Source: Lama glama
Taxonomy: Eukaryota
Assembly: GCA_028534125.1 (NCBI GenBank)
Contig: CM052817.1
Coordinates: 34,350,001-34,414,000 of the forward strand
Length of the DNA stretch: 64,000 nucleotides
Direction of reading: 5' to 3'
The notes under the pieces were generated by a model. It ran no database searches. It saw only the letters and a program-made list of their open reading frames with translations, and was not told the origin of the DNA. A program made the position numbers and the translations under genes. Positions 1-13,489 of the stretch are shown one piece after another (within the stretch, counting starts at the first letter, position 1; every line of letters begins with the position of its first letter).

Positions 1-1590
1 CATTTTTGTTTTTCAGATACTCTGCTTTGCCAACAAATGCCCTAGAGATATCCACTCAAAGTGAGTCAGGATATTAACAAAAGGGTTATAAAAAGGAACC
101 ATTAGGCAGGAAGAATGGTCACTATACACAGACTTTTTTTTTATTGATGGTTACTGGTCATTCCCTCACAGAAAATCAAATTTTCCTCAAGCTGTAGATG
201 GACGACTACTTTGACTTTTTGGTACTAATGAATGGTTCAAAGATTCAGAAGCTTGAATTCTAAAGCTGAACCAACACATGCTCATAGAACTGATTATACA
301 CTGCGAGGCTAAAGGTTTAAGAAGCAGGAAACATGTTGCTACGATGCTCTGTTAGTTACTGACATTCTGTGACAGCTGTCAGCCTTGAGCAGGATGGAGG
401 AGTCCCAGACATCCAAGTGGCATTTCTTCTCCTTTGCCTGCTGGAGCTCCGAATGGGGCAGCTGGATGACTATGAACCCCGTGTTTGGGATCAGGAGGTA
501 AGTGGGAGAGGCACAGTTGGTTCTGCTGATGCACCAGTTCAGGGAAAGTTAGTTGACGCAGCCCTTTGCCTTCCTCTTGGCGTGAATAAAATCAGGAAAA
601 GTGGTTTAGACTCAATACTTTCTCTGCTCTCCTCAGGGTCCACATGTTTCCTGACCCTTGACCTTTTTTTATGTCCAGGGGCAGTCACCTGCACATGAGC
701 TTAGCTGACAGTGACATCCTGCCCATCTCTATGTCCTGGACCCAACGCTGTGCTTCATCAGGCTGCCCATGTCTTCTGCAGATGACTCGCTTCATGTCCA
801 GCCATTGTCTGACCACTCCATCACCTAACCACACTGCCTGGTTTTCTTGTTCAACAGGAACAAAATTTTTGGAGGGAGTCTCTGTAAAAACCAGCTAGTA
901 GTTGATTTACATAGCTAAACATAACCCCTAGGAACTGCGCTGGACCCCTATAATTTTTAAGGAAAGCATAGTGGCCAAACCTTTAAGGTTGGTGATAAAA
1001 CGTCACTCAACTCTGGCTGTTCAGTCCTTTCTTTCCTTTGAGATAAAGGTATACAAATCTGGGGGCTCCACATACAGGAATGGGTCAGCACTGTGTATCC
1101 ATCTGCCGGGTTACATCCTACAGGAAGTTAAGAGCTGTGTCATAAATCCCAAATCATAAAGTTGTGGAAAGAACACTGAACCCAAAGTCAGAAAACCTGA
1201 TTTCAATACCAATTCTGCTACTCAGACATTCTGGTGGAAATAAAGGAGAGCATCTTCATTAGGAAAATAAGGGAGAGGATCAGTGATGTCTTCTTCTTGT
1301 TATGAAATATTTGGTTCTGTGGGTCAGTGGCCAGCTAGGGGGACGGATTGTCCTGGGTCTCATTTTCTATTCCATCCAGAGAGCTACAATCAGGCCATCA
1401 CACAAATGTCCTGGAATGAGGCAATGCTCCGTTACACTGATAAAGAATCAGAACCAATGACATCATCTGTCAATTGTGTTATTTTCTGAAAAACACGGTG
1501 TGTTTTCATAAATTATATTGTACCTCAATGATGTAAATAGAAAACTGACTTAATTTTCTCTTTGGTGGCTTGAGAACCTTAGTGTGGCAG

Positions 1591-1753
1591 AAGAGATAGA
1601 TGAAAGATGACAGACAGACAGGTAGATAGGTAGGTAGGTAGGTAGATAGATGATAGATGGATAGATGGATAGATAGATAGATAGATAGATAAATATAGCT
1701 GATGGGTGGGTAGGTAATGGATAGATGGATGGATGGATACATGAGTAGATAGA
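1591..1753. repeat. Compound tetranucleotide microsatellite (GACA/GGTA/GATA/GGAT)n
   Basis: Directly visible runs such as ggtaggtaggta, gatagatagatagatag and ggatggatgg. Confidence 0.95.
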
Positions 1754-1759
1754 ACTGAG

Positions 1760-2000
1760 GTTCTGAGCAGTCTCTAGCGTCTGACTACTTTGGTTCCGAA
1801 TCCAACACCACAACTTTCTGGCTGCATCACCTCAGCAAATTACCTGATTATAACTCAGTCAACTGAGTGGCAAAATTCAGATAATAACAATAATACCTCA
1901 TCACGTGGTTGTCAGGATTAAGATTATTCGTGCAAAATTTTTTGCAGAGTGCCGGACATACAATAAGTGCTCCATAAATGGTAACAATTATCATTGTTGT
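1760..2000 (+). mobile_element. MIR SINE (ancient, diverged)
   Basis: MIR core/3' motifs: ataataacaataatacctcatcacgtggttgtcaggattaaga ... agagtgccggacatacaataagtgctccataaatg; boundaries approximate. Confidence 0.7.
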
Positions 2001-2131
2001 TGTTTAGGAAATAGTACGTGTTACTCCTCCACCACCACTCCAACCACCAATCCTTCTGCCCAACACACACCCAGAGGTAACCACTGCTAGCAGGTTGGTT
2101 TGTGTTTTCCTATTATATATGTAGATGTGAT

Positions 2132-2138
2132 ACACACA

Positions 2139-2169
<31 letters not shown>
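2132..2169. repeat. (CA)n microsatellite
   Basis: acacacacacacatacacacac... directly visible. Confidence 0.95.
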
Positions 2170-2239
2170 CCCTTTTCTGTGATCACTTCCAAAAGTGGAT
2201 TGTACAAAATACCTCATATAGAGACTTGAGGGTTTTTTT

Positions 2240-2670
2240 TGCTTAGCTATACACTTTGTAGAACTTTCCAGACCAGATATAGACATTATCAATACAGCAA
2301 AATATGTTAATACATCTCCTTATTGATGGGCATTTAAGTGGTCTCAAATTTTCAATGGACGTCCTTTAATATGTCTTTTTTCTCATGTAAGACTATTTCT
2401 GTAAGACAGATTCCTACCTTGCTGAGTCCTAAGCTACGTACACTGAAATGTCTTGCATAAACTGCCATACCATTCCCTATAAGGATATTATCAACTTACA
2501 CTCTCACCAGTTTATGAGCTTGTCTGTTTTTCCACACCTTTACTCCCATTGAACAATGTTAATATTTTAATATATGCCAAAAATAAAATAAAATCTTCCA
2601 ATATGATGGGCAAAACATGGTGCTTTAATTTACAATTCCCTGATTAGTTCTGGGATTGAGCAGACTGTGT
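2240..2670 (-). mobile_element. Old L1M-type LINE-1 fragment
   Basis: Antisense L1 ORF2-end motifs (tattgatgggcatttaagtgg; tttccacacctttactcccattg; atggtgctttaatttacaattccctgatta). Confidence 0.6.
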
Positions 2671-3039
2671 GTAAACCTTTACTGTATTTTACCCTTTCTC
2701 CCAAACATTTATCTGAAAACATTGCCAAAAAGTGGGAACAAGGCACTGTACAACATCCAGCGTGGCAGGTGATCACTCTCCTGGGTACCCGTTCCCTCAT
2801 GTTAGCACCAGGGAAGGGTAGAGAAGTTTTCTGTTACAATAGTTGCATCTTCATTCTTTACTATTTTTGAAATTTTGATTCTTCTATCATTTGACTTAGA
2901 AATCCAGCATTTGAAATTGGTACAATTCTAATAATACTATCTGATGAATAGTTTGCTCAATTACATGGGAAAAGTCAAACAAAACCTAAATATTCCTCTC
3001 ACAGCAAATTCCCTTTGAAATCTCAGCATCAACACTCAC

Positions 3040-3800
3040 TGCTAATGGGAACATGAGAAAAAGGAAATTCTCAAACAGTGCTGGTAGAAGTCGAATGTGC
3101 TACAGTCTTTAAAGGAAGCGGTCAGCTAAAGCATCTTTTAAAATTGAAAGCAGGTATATCCTTTTGCCCTAGATTTCTCTCCTTGGAATCTAACTATAGA
3201 AATGATAGACTTGTCTGAAAGGTCATATGTACCAGGTCAGTCTTCAGTCTTCAATGTGAATCTGAATCTCCCAGGGATCTTGTTAAAATCCAAATTCAAA
3301 TTCAGTGGAGCAGGGCTGGAACCTCAGAGTCTGTCTATAAAGCTCCTGGTGATGCCACTGCTGCTGGTGCATGGACCACACCTGAGCAGCAAGGATGTTC
3401 ACTGCATCACTGTCCACTCACAAATCAAAATAAAACCAGAAACAGTGAGTGAACACTCAATGACAGGCTCAACAAATTATAACATATCCACAGCACCAAG
3501 TATTCTGCAGGCACTTAAAATAAAAATAAAGGTATACTGGTTGGCTTGGATGGAATTCCATAAGCAACGTGCAGAAAAATAGTATAACATGATCCCATTT
3601 TTATGAAATAGTGACAAAAATTCCGTATGTGTGTGTGTAGGATTATATTACCATGGAGAAACTATGACAGAGCATTTTTTTAGGTTGTTGGTATTAATTA
3701 CCTTGTGGAGGGCACAAAGGTAATGTGGGAGGGAGGAAGAAGATAAACATAAAAAAAAGGAAAGGAAATCCAAAAGTTGATACCTAATCATGTTTAAAAT
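3040..3800 (+). mobile_element. Old L1ME-type LINE-1 3' fragment, interrupted by MER5B
   Basis: L1 motifs ggaaattctcaaacagtgctggtagaag, atatgtac...aaggatgttcactgca and tataacatgatcccatttttatg on both sides of the MER5B. Confidence 0.6.
3233..3394 (+). mobile_element. MER5B-like hAT-Charlie DNA transposon relic
   Basis: gaatctcccagggatcttgttaaaat ... aagctcctggtgatgccactgctgctggtgcatggaccacacctgagcagcaagg resembles the MER5B consensus. Confidence 0.8.
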
Positions 3801-4011
3801 CATATTAATGGAAATCAATATATATGTGTAAGTACATGTGTAAAGAAATTTAAAATGTTTAATATAAAAAGTTACAGAAATAAAAAGATCAGAATTTAGA
3901 TTCTTGTCTATCACTAATTTGCTTTTTGACTGTGGTTAAATTACTTACAGTTAGAGATGTCTTAAATATCTCTAATAATTTCTATGATCCCATCTAGTTC
4001 TAAATTCTATG

Positions 4012-4682
4012 TTTGGGGAAACATTCTGACAGTTCCTCAAAAGGCTAAGCCTAGAGTTCCTGTTTTGACCCTGCAATTCCACCTCTAGGTGTGTACTCTA
4101 GGGAAATGAAAACATATGTCCCCACAAAAACTTGTACAAGAATGCTACTAGCAGCATTATTAATAGCAGCCAGAAAGTGGAAACATCCCAAATGCCCATG
4201 GACTGATGAATGGATAAATCAAAAGTGATGTGCCCGTGCGATGGAATATCATTGGGCAATAAGAAGGGAAGAAGTACTGACACATGCTACCACATGCATC
4301 AACCTTGAAAACATTATGCAAAATGAAAGAAGTCAGTCATGAAGAATCACGTGTTGTAGGATTCCATTTATATGAAATGTCCAGAATAGGCAAATCAATA
4401 GAGACAGAAAGTAGATTTAAGGTTACCTAGGGCTGGCAGGGAAGGTGGGGGGCGGGGAGTAGGGGAGAGTGGGAAGATGGAAAAGTTGGGGGAGGGGAGG
4501 GGAGGATGATGGCTAAAGGGTATAGATTTCCTCGGGGCGAGGGGGAGATAAGGATGTTCTAAAACTGATTGTGGTGAAGGTTGCATATATATGCAAAGAT
4601 CTTAAATTCCACTGAATTGTATGCTTTAGGTGGCTGAATTGCATAGTATATAAACCCTATCTCAAAAAAGCTGTTTAAAAAA
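4012..4682 (+). mobile_element. L1MB-type LINE-1 3' end (ORF2 C-terminus plus 3' UTR)
   Basis: gacagttcctcaaaaggctaa, gaccctgcaattccacctctagg, gaaatgtccagaataggcaaatc, G-rich tract, end ctcaaaaaagctgtttaaaa. Confidence 0.9.
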
Positions 4683-5350
4683 TTCCATAACTAAAAATTC
4701 TACTGTGAAAGAGCAAGTAACTCCTTACATTTCTTGAGATTTTTCCTAATATGGTACTTCTGAGTTTTTCTCCTAGAAAAGTAAAAAATCTTACCTTCTA
4801 CTTTACTAGGAATTTTTATTCTTTTTTCATACAGTTTCTGGTGCTCATACCAATCTAAAAAAAGGATATGATGGTTCAACTCCAAATTAATGCTCACTGT
4901 CCTTAAATGGACCTATGCAATCCTTCTTTTTTCTTTCTCATTCTCTAGAAAACCTTCTCCAAGCCTTCTTTACTCCCTTCAAACCCTTTATTCCAACATT
5001 ATGGGGAAAAGGAAAGCCATCGGTTGGAATGCCTCATCTCCTACTATCATGTCAACCTTCCTACATCCATTCTTGTCCTATTTTTGTTTCTTCTGAACCT
5101 AACATAATCCTTTCTTCTGTGCTTTGGAACCCATCCTCTGCCATTTTCTTAGGACCCTAAGACTAATAATAATCCTTTCTTACTCCTACAGACGTTTCAG
5201 TGTCCACTCTGCTTCATTTACAGTCTGCCTGGTCCCGAGAGTCACTGAGCTTTATGACGCTTGCCTTAAATTAACAGTGTGGTGTATAGATCTTTCATAC
5301 TTTTTACACTTACAAAACAAACATATTTACCATATTTAAAACTCTTACTA

Positions 5351-5524
5351 TTTTTTTAACATTTTTTATTGAGTTATAATCATTTTACAATGTTGTGTCA
5401 AATTCCAGTGTAGAGTACATTTTTTCAGTTATACATGAACATATATATATTCATTGTCACATTTTTTCCTCTGTGAGCTACCGTAAGATCGTGTAAATAT
5501 TTCCCTGTGCTGTACAGTATAATC
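5351..5524 (-). mobile_element. Young camelid-type L1, 5'-truncated (~170 bp), with TSD
   Basis: 3' UTR cattttacaatgttgtgtcaaattccagtg shared with copies at 24.8, 47.4 and 54.5 kb; direct repeat ttaaaactcttactattttttt at 5336-5357 and 5525-5546. Confidence 0.92.
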
Positions 5525-5559
5525 TTAAAACTCTTACTATTTTTTTTACAAAGTGAAAG

Positions 5560-6015
5560 TTTTATTTATTTGCTAGAGTTAAGATATCCTTGGTTGTATG
5601 TAGCTATATGATATTCTATTATATAATGTGCTATAATTTATTCAGTTATTCTTTGATAGGCATTTGAATTGCCTAGAGCCCTTTGATTAAAAAAAAATCC
5701 TGCAATAAATGATCTTGTAAGTAAATCCATGTGCCTGGTGCTTTTGTTTCTTTGGGCTCAATTGGTAGATGTATACTGCTAGTTCATAGCTTATGTCAAT
5801 TTAAATTTTAATGGTTACAGACATGTTTTAACGATTCCTAGGAAGTTTCAGCAATTCTTCTACCAACAATATATAAGGGTATCTTTTCACCCAGCTTTGG
5901 CCTATATTGGATGTTACCAATATTTTAAACTTTGACCAATCTAATGAGCCAAAAAACACCCAATGGTCATTTCATTGTTATTTGCATTTCTTGAGTATTA
6001 GAGAAGTTAAAAACA
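5560..6015 (-). mobile_element. Old L1M fragment (left part)
   Basis: ttgatagggcatttgaattg; taccaacaatatataagggtatctttt; ttcattgttatttgcatttcttgagtattagaga. Confidence 0.65.
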
Positions 6016-6639
6016 TAGACCTCTGGCAACATAATATCTCAAAATGTGAGATACTACACATTTTCCATGTTCTCTCACGGGTACTTTTGAACACTGATAG
6101 TTATTTTTCTACCACCCACCCCCCACCACCCCAGTATAAGCTAAAACAAAGACTTAAAGAAGCCTCAGGCCCAAGTGTAGAACAGAAAGACCTCAGTGCC
6201 TGCTTTTCCTCTCCCAAAGGCTAGATAGGACTCTGGCTTGAAGGCAGAAATTGGAGACAGAAGATCCATCATAACTAGGGACAGAGAAAGGGATGGAAAG
6301 GATTCCAGGTCACGACGTGGAAAGGAGAAATGTCTTCTGCTAAGAGGAGCAGGAAACAGAGCAGCAGGAAACCACTGCTAGGTAGCTCTCAAGTGTGCAC
6401 TTTCAACACCTCACTCCCCAGATACCAACAGCCTCCACCCAGCAGTCCTGACTCTCTGAACGGAGGACAAGGAACTTAAACATCTTGAAAAGTGATAGGG
6501 GTGGAAGGTGGGGTGGTGTCAGAAAGGGGGAGGGGGAGGAAGAACTTAAAGGAAAACTTTAGCTCCTTGGCCAAAACCAAATCAAACAGAACAACTGGGA
6601 GTTTCCCCAAGAGCCTATTAGCACCATGCATGTTGCCAC

Positions 6640-7570
6640 TGTTACCTATTTATTGCCTATTTGCATCCTATCTCCTGTGAATTGCCAGTTCATATCTATT
6701 GCCCATTTTGCAATTGGACTTTTTTTAAAATGTCATATTATACAAGTGTTTTGTGGAGTAGAGATATAAACTCTATTTCTGTCAAATGTATTGCGAATCT
6801 ATTTCCTCTTGGGTAATCATTGGGCTTTTGATTTTGCTCATAGTATCCTCTCAATAGAAATTTTTGGTTTTGTTTTTAATATTGTGAGATCAATGTTTTT
6901 TGTTACTTCTGGAATTTCTGTCTTGCTTAAGAAAGTCTATCGAATTTCAACATTATTTAACTGGTCCTCTGGATTATCTTTTTATAGTGTAATGATATTA
7001 TAAAGGTGTTATTTTATACATTTAGATTTTTAATCCATCTGGAATTTCAGTTTTCATACCATAGCATGAACCAGGTAATGATCTGATTTTACTGCCTGGG
7101 CTCAAATCCTGACTCTACCACTTAGCTGTGTGACTTTGGACCAGTTACTAAACCTCCCTGTGCTTCAGTTCTTTTCATCTTCAGATGGGGATAATAACAG
7201 TTTATATCTCAAAAGGCTGTATTGAGGATTGAGTTAATACATGAAAAGATCTTAGAACAGTACCTGGCACATAGTAAATTCTCATTAAATGCTGTTAACT
7301 GACCTGGTTGAAAAGTCCTGACACCATTTATTAAACATTTTTTTCAGTCAAAAATGCCCCTTTTGACAATATAAAGTGAGCATATACACTTGGATATGTT
7401 CCAGATTCTCTTTCATTTCCCTGATCTACAGATGAACACTACATTGCTTTATTGTTAGTTTTATAGCAAATTTTAAAATCTGGTGGGATATTCCCTCCCC
7501 CTAATCTTCTTTTTCAAAACTTTTCTCAATGATTTCCCAGAGCATTCATCTTTATAAACTTTAAAATAAT
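6640..7570 (-). mobile_element. Old L1M fragment (continuation), interrupted by MIR at ~7091-7300
   Basis: ctgtgaattgccagttcatatctattgcccattttg; ttttaatccatctggaattt; acaccatttattaaac. Confidence 0.65.
7091..7300 (+). mobile_element. MIR SINE
   Basis: ctgcctgggctcaaatcctgactctaccacttagctgtgtgactttggaccagttactaaacctccctgtgcttcagtt ... cctggcacatagtaa. Confidence 0.9.
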
Positions 7571-10189
7571 ATTGTCCTATATTTAAGTTCTATACAAACT
7601 TAAATTAAAAAAAAAACTTTCTTAGAGAGAAAAATGGAGCTAAGATAGCAGCTTCACCCTGTCTGGAAGGGAACCGGTATTAAACCAGTACAAAACTACT
7701 ACCTAAAGTGGAGATCAAGTCTATTGTGATGCACTTGAAGGCGCTCACAAATTTTAGCATAAGGATTCAAATTTCAGAAGTTGTTGAGTAGGGGAGGAGC
7801 TATGCCATTCATTCAATCATTCAAACAAATTCCACTGTTTTGCTATGCATTGTTCCATTATGGAAATCTAAAAGCTTACACAGGCAAAACAAATCACTTA
7901 GAGACAACTGTTGCACCAAATTGTCCTTAATCTGGAGAAGTGTTAGCTTCTCCCAACACTTTATCCATGGGGCACAACGCAAGGATTCTTATGTTTACTT
8001 TAAACTGTGTTTGGCATGTATGCTTTCCAGGATAAAATAGTTTATCTGGATTTTCAAAATCATTTCCTGTCGTTCCAAGATCAAGCACCATCTTGACTGT
8101 AAACATGTACTCTTCTGTCTGCCCGAGCAACTTGGAGGGCACCAATTCACGTTTCCCTTCCGATCGTGACCAGGAAGAGGCCCAATAAATATTTCAAACA
8201 TAAAAGGACTGTTATAACAAAGGGGTCTTAAAATTCTCCTGGGTTATCTGAACAGCTTTCCGTTTCATTTTGTTTTCACCTCTACCCCGCCACCCCTGAA
8301 ATTGGAAGAGCTTTTTTTTCTTGGGATGAAACAAAAGTTTATGCACAGAAGGATTGAGTGTAGAAAAGAAAATAACAAAAGCAAAAACTAAGTGGGACTT
8401 TCAGAAGTGAAGGTATAGTTATGAAGAGGGAGAGAACGCTGTGTGAAGACAATCTAACCACAGGCCAGCCTCGGTAATCCCCGTTCAGGATGCCCCTCCT
8501 GATAGCAAGCAATTCCTGCCTCAGTGACAACTCCATGTATTTGTGTTATAAACACAAACCCATCAAAGCATGGATTACACACACCTTACTGTCACATGGC
8601 AAATGGTGGCTGGCTTCCAAGATAAGCTTTATGGAGAGTGAAGAGGAAGGGACAAGAGACATAGGTGAGAGGCCTAGGAGAAAACACTTGCCTTAATCCT
8701 TTTATGTCACCAAAGTGATCAGTGATGGAGGAAGCATCACTCATACTTCCCCCTCTCCCTCCCTAGAGTGAAACTAGAAGCTAAATATCATTCAAGATGG
8801 CTCCCTTTAAGGAGATGAACCTCAAACCAAAACCCAAAGCAAAGGGCAGTGGATGTGTTGTCTGGGCATCACTTGCAAGGTATTTCTCCAGCTTTATTTC
8901 TTCAGTTGCTCACAATGAGTGCATTCTGAACTATTCTAAGAGGCTTTATTCTTTCAATCTTATATAGATTAAAGAAGGGATGTCATAACCTCCTAGAAAT
9001 TGTTATAGAAGCCTGACAGCCCAAGGTAATTTATAAGAGGTTGAAATTTATAAAAAGTCTAAGTTGACAATGGAGTATTTAGCTAAATTAGGGATAATAG
9101 TATCTGGCCCAACAGAAACAAATCACAGTACAACAAAAGCATCAGGACCATTAACCAAGTCAAAGATACATATTATGCAGTTATCTGGGGCTCAGTGCTG
9201 TGCTGTGCTGTGCATGAGTGGAGATGTGTAAGAATGAGCCATACAACCTCACCCCTTGAAGGACTGCCTTTCCTGTTAGAATAATGTTAGGCAATAAACT
9301 GAAGTAATATGAGGCAGTGTATGATTACACTTTTAGAACAATGCAGAAATCATACATGCAGTTGGACTTCCAAAAGGGAGAAAATAGTTCTTTGGATTTA
9401 ATTATAATGAGATTACAATGTAGAATTCAAGCTATAGGATCAATTCTTTAAATTACTAGTTATCCTAAAGTCTACTTCTTTATCTTGAAATACAATGTTG
9501 GGCTTTTTCCTCCTTCAAACTGTTATGCAGTTGTTTGGGGAAAGATTTTCCTCCCTTTAAGTTCTCAAGTTTATGTACCTATTTGATATATTTAACCTAA
9601 TTCAATTATTTGAAAATAATCTGACCTGAAAGAAAGTATATAATAAAATTTTATTTCCCCCTTGAACAAAGTTGATTAAGCTTGAAATATGAAACCCCAC
9701 ATTAAACTATTTAATGATGTTCAATTAAAGTTCTAAATAACAATGAGTTACATGTAGGAAATAACATGGAAACAAAGCCAGTTATTTATCATAACAGATA
9801 TTTTCCACAGTAAAAAATGGAAGATCAACAGGCAATCCTGGCGAAAATGAACTGGACAGTTGAAGATGATGTGTCAGCAATATACACCCAAACCTCCCAA
9901 AAACCATTGACAAAATCATGAAGGAGGCTCACGTTATTCAGACCAGCTGTCCACACTGATCAAATCATACAGACAGCTCCTTACAACAGGAGTCTTCAAT
10001 AAATATTTATCAAATTGAGCTGAATATATAACTCTGCGTTGTCAGCATTTAAACCCTAAATCACAAAATGAATCAGACAACATGTAGAGGAGTGAATTTG
10101 AAATTTATCTAACAATAGCTAAAGTTTATACAATACTTGGTCATTCATAAAGATCTTTCACTCAGAAATTGCCTCAGCTGCCCCTAAAC

Positions 10190-10315
10190 AGAATCCTGTG
10201 AAGTAGCTAAGAGGTTATTGCCACCCTCAAATTAACAAAGAAGAAGCTGAGTCTCAGGGAAGTTAAATGACTCTGCTCACCTGAGATCACCCCACAAGTA
10301 AACCAGCGCTCCCAC
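10190..10315 (-). mobile_element. MIR fragment
   Basis: acaaagaagaagctgagtctcagggaagttaaatgact (antisense MIR core). Confidence 0.6.
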
Positions 10316-11293
10316 ACAACCACCCCCTCCCACTGACCTACAAAAGCGGCCTGGCCTGTGGGTGTGTAACTGGTGAGTGGAAACTTTAAATTCATCAGAC
10401 GTGTATATACATGAAATGTTTCTACTTTTTCAAGTAAGTGCTACCAGCTGCTCTGTGGACAATGGCCTTCCCCCTTTCCCAGCTGGAAAGTACCTCCCTT
10501 AATCACATCTCAGGCCGATTCCCTAACTTTCCATCCCTTTTTGGTTGATAAAGCAGTTAGCGCCATTCCTTTCCGGAGCAGGCAGTTGAGGGTGGCCCTG
10601 AGCTTGGAGTTGGGGGACGGAGCAGGGGGCGAGGAGAGTATCCCTGTCCATGCACTATGAGGTGGTGGTCCCCTTTTGTGGGCCAGCAGGGCTGCGGGGG
10701 GCTGTGACCTCATGGAGGCCTCGACAGGATGTGCTTGGGCCTCTGTCTGAAGGCCCTGGGCAGGTGGCCCCGAGCTGGTCTGATCTCCATGGAGGGTGAC
10801 ACTGTGGGCCTCTCCCATTTGGCTTCTATGATGCCGGGCAAGCCAGTGGCCCAGGTTCCTCAGAGTCCAAACGCTGGACCCTGAAGCCCTCACTGGGGAT
10901 GCAGCACCACTCACCCCAGGGACCTTGATCGTTTTGCTTCTCCCGGGGCCCCTGCCCGCGCCAGGGCCCCTGCATGGGCTCCCAGATCTGTGCAGCCACA
11001 CGCGCTTCCAGCCGGGGCAGAAGATGTCAGTTTCACCTACTTTCAGACACTCACAAAATTCAGATCGAAATCTTTTTGAGGCACACTGTCACCCTCAACT
11101 TTGGGAAAAAGAACCCAGCGTGCAAGTGAGCTTGCCTGCCCCCTACCCTGGTCCCCTTTCCCACCATGCATCCAGGCTGCGCTCCTCACACCAGACTTGG
11201 TCCCTGTGGCGCCGGACGCTGTGCCCTGGGGACAACTCGTGTCTGTCTTTTTTGTTGTTGTTCGTGCTGGTGGTGGTGGTGGTCTCCTATGAC

Positions 11294-11512
11294 TTTTTTT
11301 TAATTGAAGTATAGTCAGTTACAATATGTCAATTTCTGGTGTAAAGCACAAGGTCCCTGTCATGTATACACATGTACTTTATTCGTTTTCATATTCTTTT
11401 TCATTAAAGGTTATTACAAGATATTAAATATAGTTCCCTGTGCTGTACAGAAGAAATCTGAGTTTTTTAAATTCTATTTTTACATATAGTGGCTAACATT
11501 TGCAAATCTCAC
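11294..11512 (-). mobile_element. Cetartiodactyl/camelid-type L1 3' UTR fragment
   Basis: Poly-T then attgaagtatagtcagttacaatatgtcaatttctggtgta ... aatatagttccctgtgctgtacag. Confidence 0.85.
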
Positions 11513-12024
11513 TTCTGAGCTCACTACTGATCTTCATCCCCTGTACACCAGCACTACCAGGTAGCTTCTGAGGGTAGAAACAGATCTCAGGAAATGCTCT
11601 CACCGGGACCATATGCTAGCATGTGTGGACATGGACTTTGTCTTGAAACAGAGATGTTTACCTTCCCCATTTATTGTTTTAGCTTTGTGTTTAGGCCTAA
11701 CCATATGCATTACACAAGACAGGCTCTCAACAAATTTTTTTTCCCCTAATCTACCTCTTTTCTAGGTGAATTTTGTAAAACCAGCTTTTAAAGAACTTGA
11801 CATAATTGCATTCATTTTTATACTCTACATTTTATACCTTTCACAATGGATTTGAAGTGGCCCTTATAACAGTAAGTAAACTTTTCCAACTCTTTAAGTT
11901 AAAAATAATTGCACCAGGTGCTATTAAAGTTAGCATAATGCAAACCATAAGTTCTAGAGTGTGTATACAGTCTTACTCAAGTGACAAAGTTTTAAGAGCT
12001 GTTAAAACATCATTGCAATCATAG

Positions 12025-12250
12025 TATTATAAACTTCCACTCCCATAGCCCTTACTGTGTGTCAGGCTCTGTTCTAAATGTTTAGGAATGTTAACTCAGT
12101 TATAAGTGTTAAGTCGTGTAATCTGCAGAGTCTTTTGGGATAGACAACCTTAGATCTCCATTTTACAGATGAGAAAACTGTGGCTAAAGGCTCATGTCTG
12201 GACAGAGAGCAAGACTGACCTGAGGGTTTGTCCCACTCTTAACCACAACA
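12025..12250 (-). mobile_element. MIR SINE
   Basis: cttactgtgtgtcaggctctgttctaaatg ... ccattttacagatgagaaaactgtggct. Confidence 0.75.
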
Positions 12251-12334
12251 TAATATTGTCTCTTTGACTTTCTGCTTCTGAGAATACAAAAAACATCTTA
12301 CATGGATTTCTGTTAGCTCTAGTCATAGAGTTGC

Positions 12335-12580
12335 CAGCATTTATGAAAGCTTTACAAAACCACTGCCTAAGAGTTTTAAGAATATCATGCCATTTAATGT
12401 CAAGTTCTGCTGCCCCTAAGCCCACCAACAAAGCAGATGCAACCCCATTTTACAAATGTGGAGACAGCATCTCCAAGATGTTAAATTCATTGGCTAAGGT
12501 CACGACGTTAGTAAGTGTCAAAGCCAGGCCACAAACCCAGGTCGGCCTGACACCAGAGTCTGTGCTCTAAACCACGATGC
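12335..12580 (-). mobile_element. MIR SINE
   Basis: ccccattttacaaatgtggagaca ... ttggctaaggtcacgacgttagtaagtgtcaaagccagg ... acccaggtcggcctgacaccagag. Confidence 0.8.
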
Positions 12581-13489
12581 TTTGGATACCATTCAAAGTA
12601 AACTAAATTAGGTTTAAATATAACCCAACATCCAGCCACCTGGAACAATCACTGATGTTATTATCAAGTCAGTGGTTGCAAACTGATGACTTCTGGGTTC
12701 CAGGACCTCTGGTGAAGCATATAAGATCCAGCAGCACAGAGCCCACGCTGCACATGCACATGGCCCTCGGATGGTGCTGAATGGTGACAGCTCCCTTCAG
12801 TCATGCAAACAAGCAAGCAAGCACTCAGCCCCAACCTGGTCCACTTCACCCAGCTCTGCCAGCTGCCTAGCACCTGTAGGCACTTGAGTTCCCAACCCCT
12901 AATCTAGAGATGCTCAGGCCAGTGTTGGGTCTCATCTAACACTGCAAACTGGTACAGAATATGAAATAAATTTTTATCAATCGAGCAGGGTTTTCTATAG
13001 TGTAAAGCAGACATCTGGAGTAAAGAAGTTCCTATTTCTATGCCTCCTTGTCATTAAGCCTTGTCTTTACCTCAGGACCTGGAGGGTAAGGACAGTCTGC
13101 ACTGTCAGTGTGACTCACGTGTTAACAAGGGGAGATGCTCATCTGAAAAGAGAAACTTGGCTTCCACAGGGCTCCATATAAGACATAGGATGCGTAAAGC
13201 AAAGACAAAAGAGGGAAAAGGGACACCTAGTCTTTGTAAAACAGAGATCCGCTGAGCACGATAAGGCTGACCAGACAGGGGATTTCTCCATGATCGTCGG
13301 CTATCTGAACACTATGTGGCTGTCAGAAATACATTTTAGAGCAAGAAAAAGAACAATGTGATTCCTCATCCAGACACATTTTGGAAACTAGCCAATAGGA
13401 AAACAGTCTCATCACTGAGATATTTTTCTTTTTTCAACACCATGAAAATTAACAGAATCTGACATTTATTTCTCTAGGCTATAAATTTG

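Noticed and set aside
8096..8112. tgtaaacat resembling the miR-30 5' end
   Set aside because: The following bases diverge from miR-30 and no precursor hairpin is evident.
10510..11314. GC-richer patch with 163-aa and 129-aa ORFs; possible CpG-island promoter
   Set aside because: No recognisable homology, and CpG density looks too low by eye for a true island.
12762..12781. REST/RE1-like site (ttcagcaccat on the minus strand)
   Set aside because: Only the left half matches; the GGACAG right half is absent.
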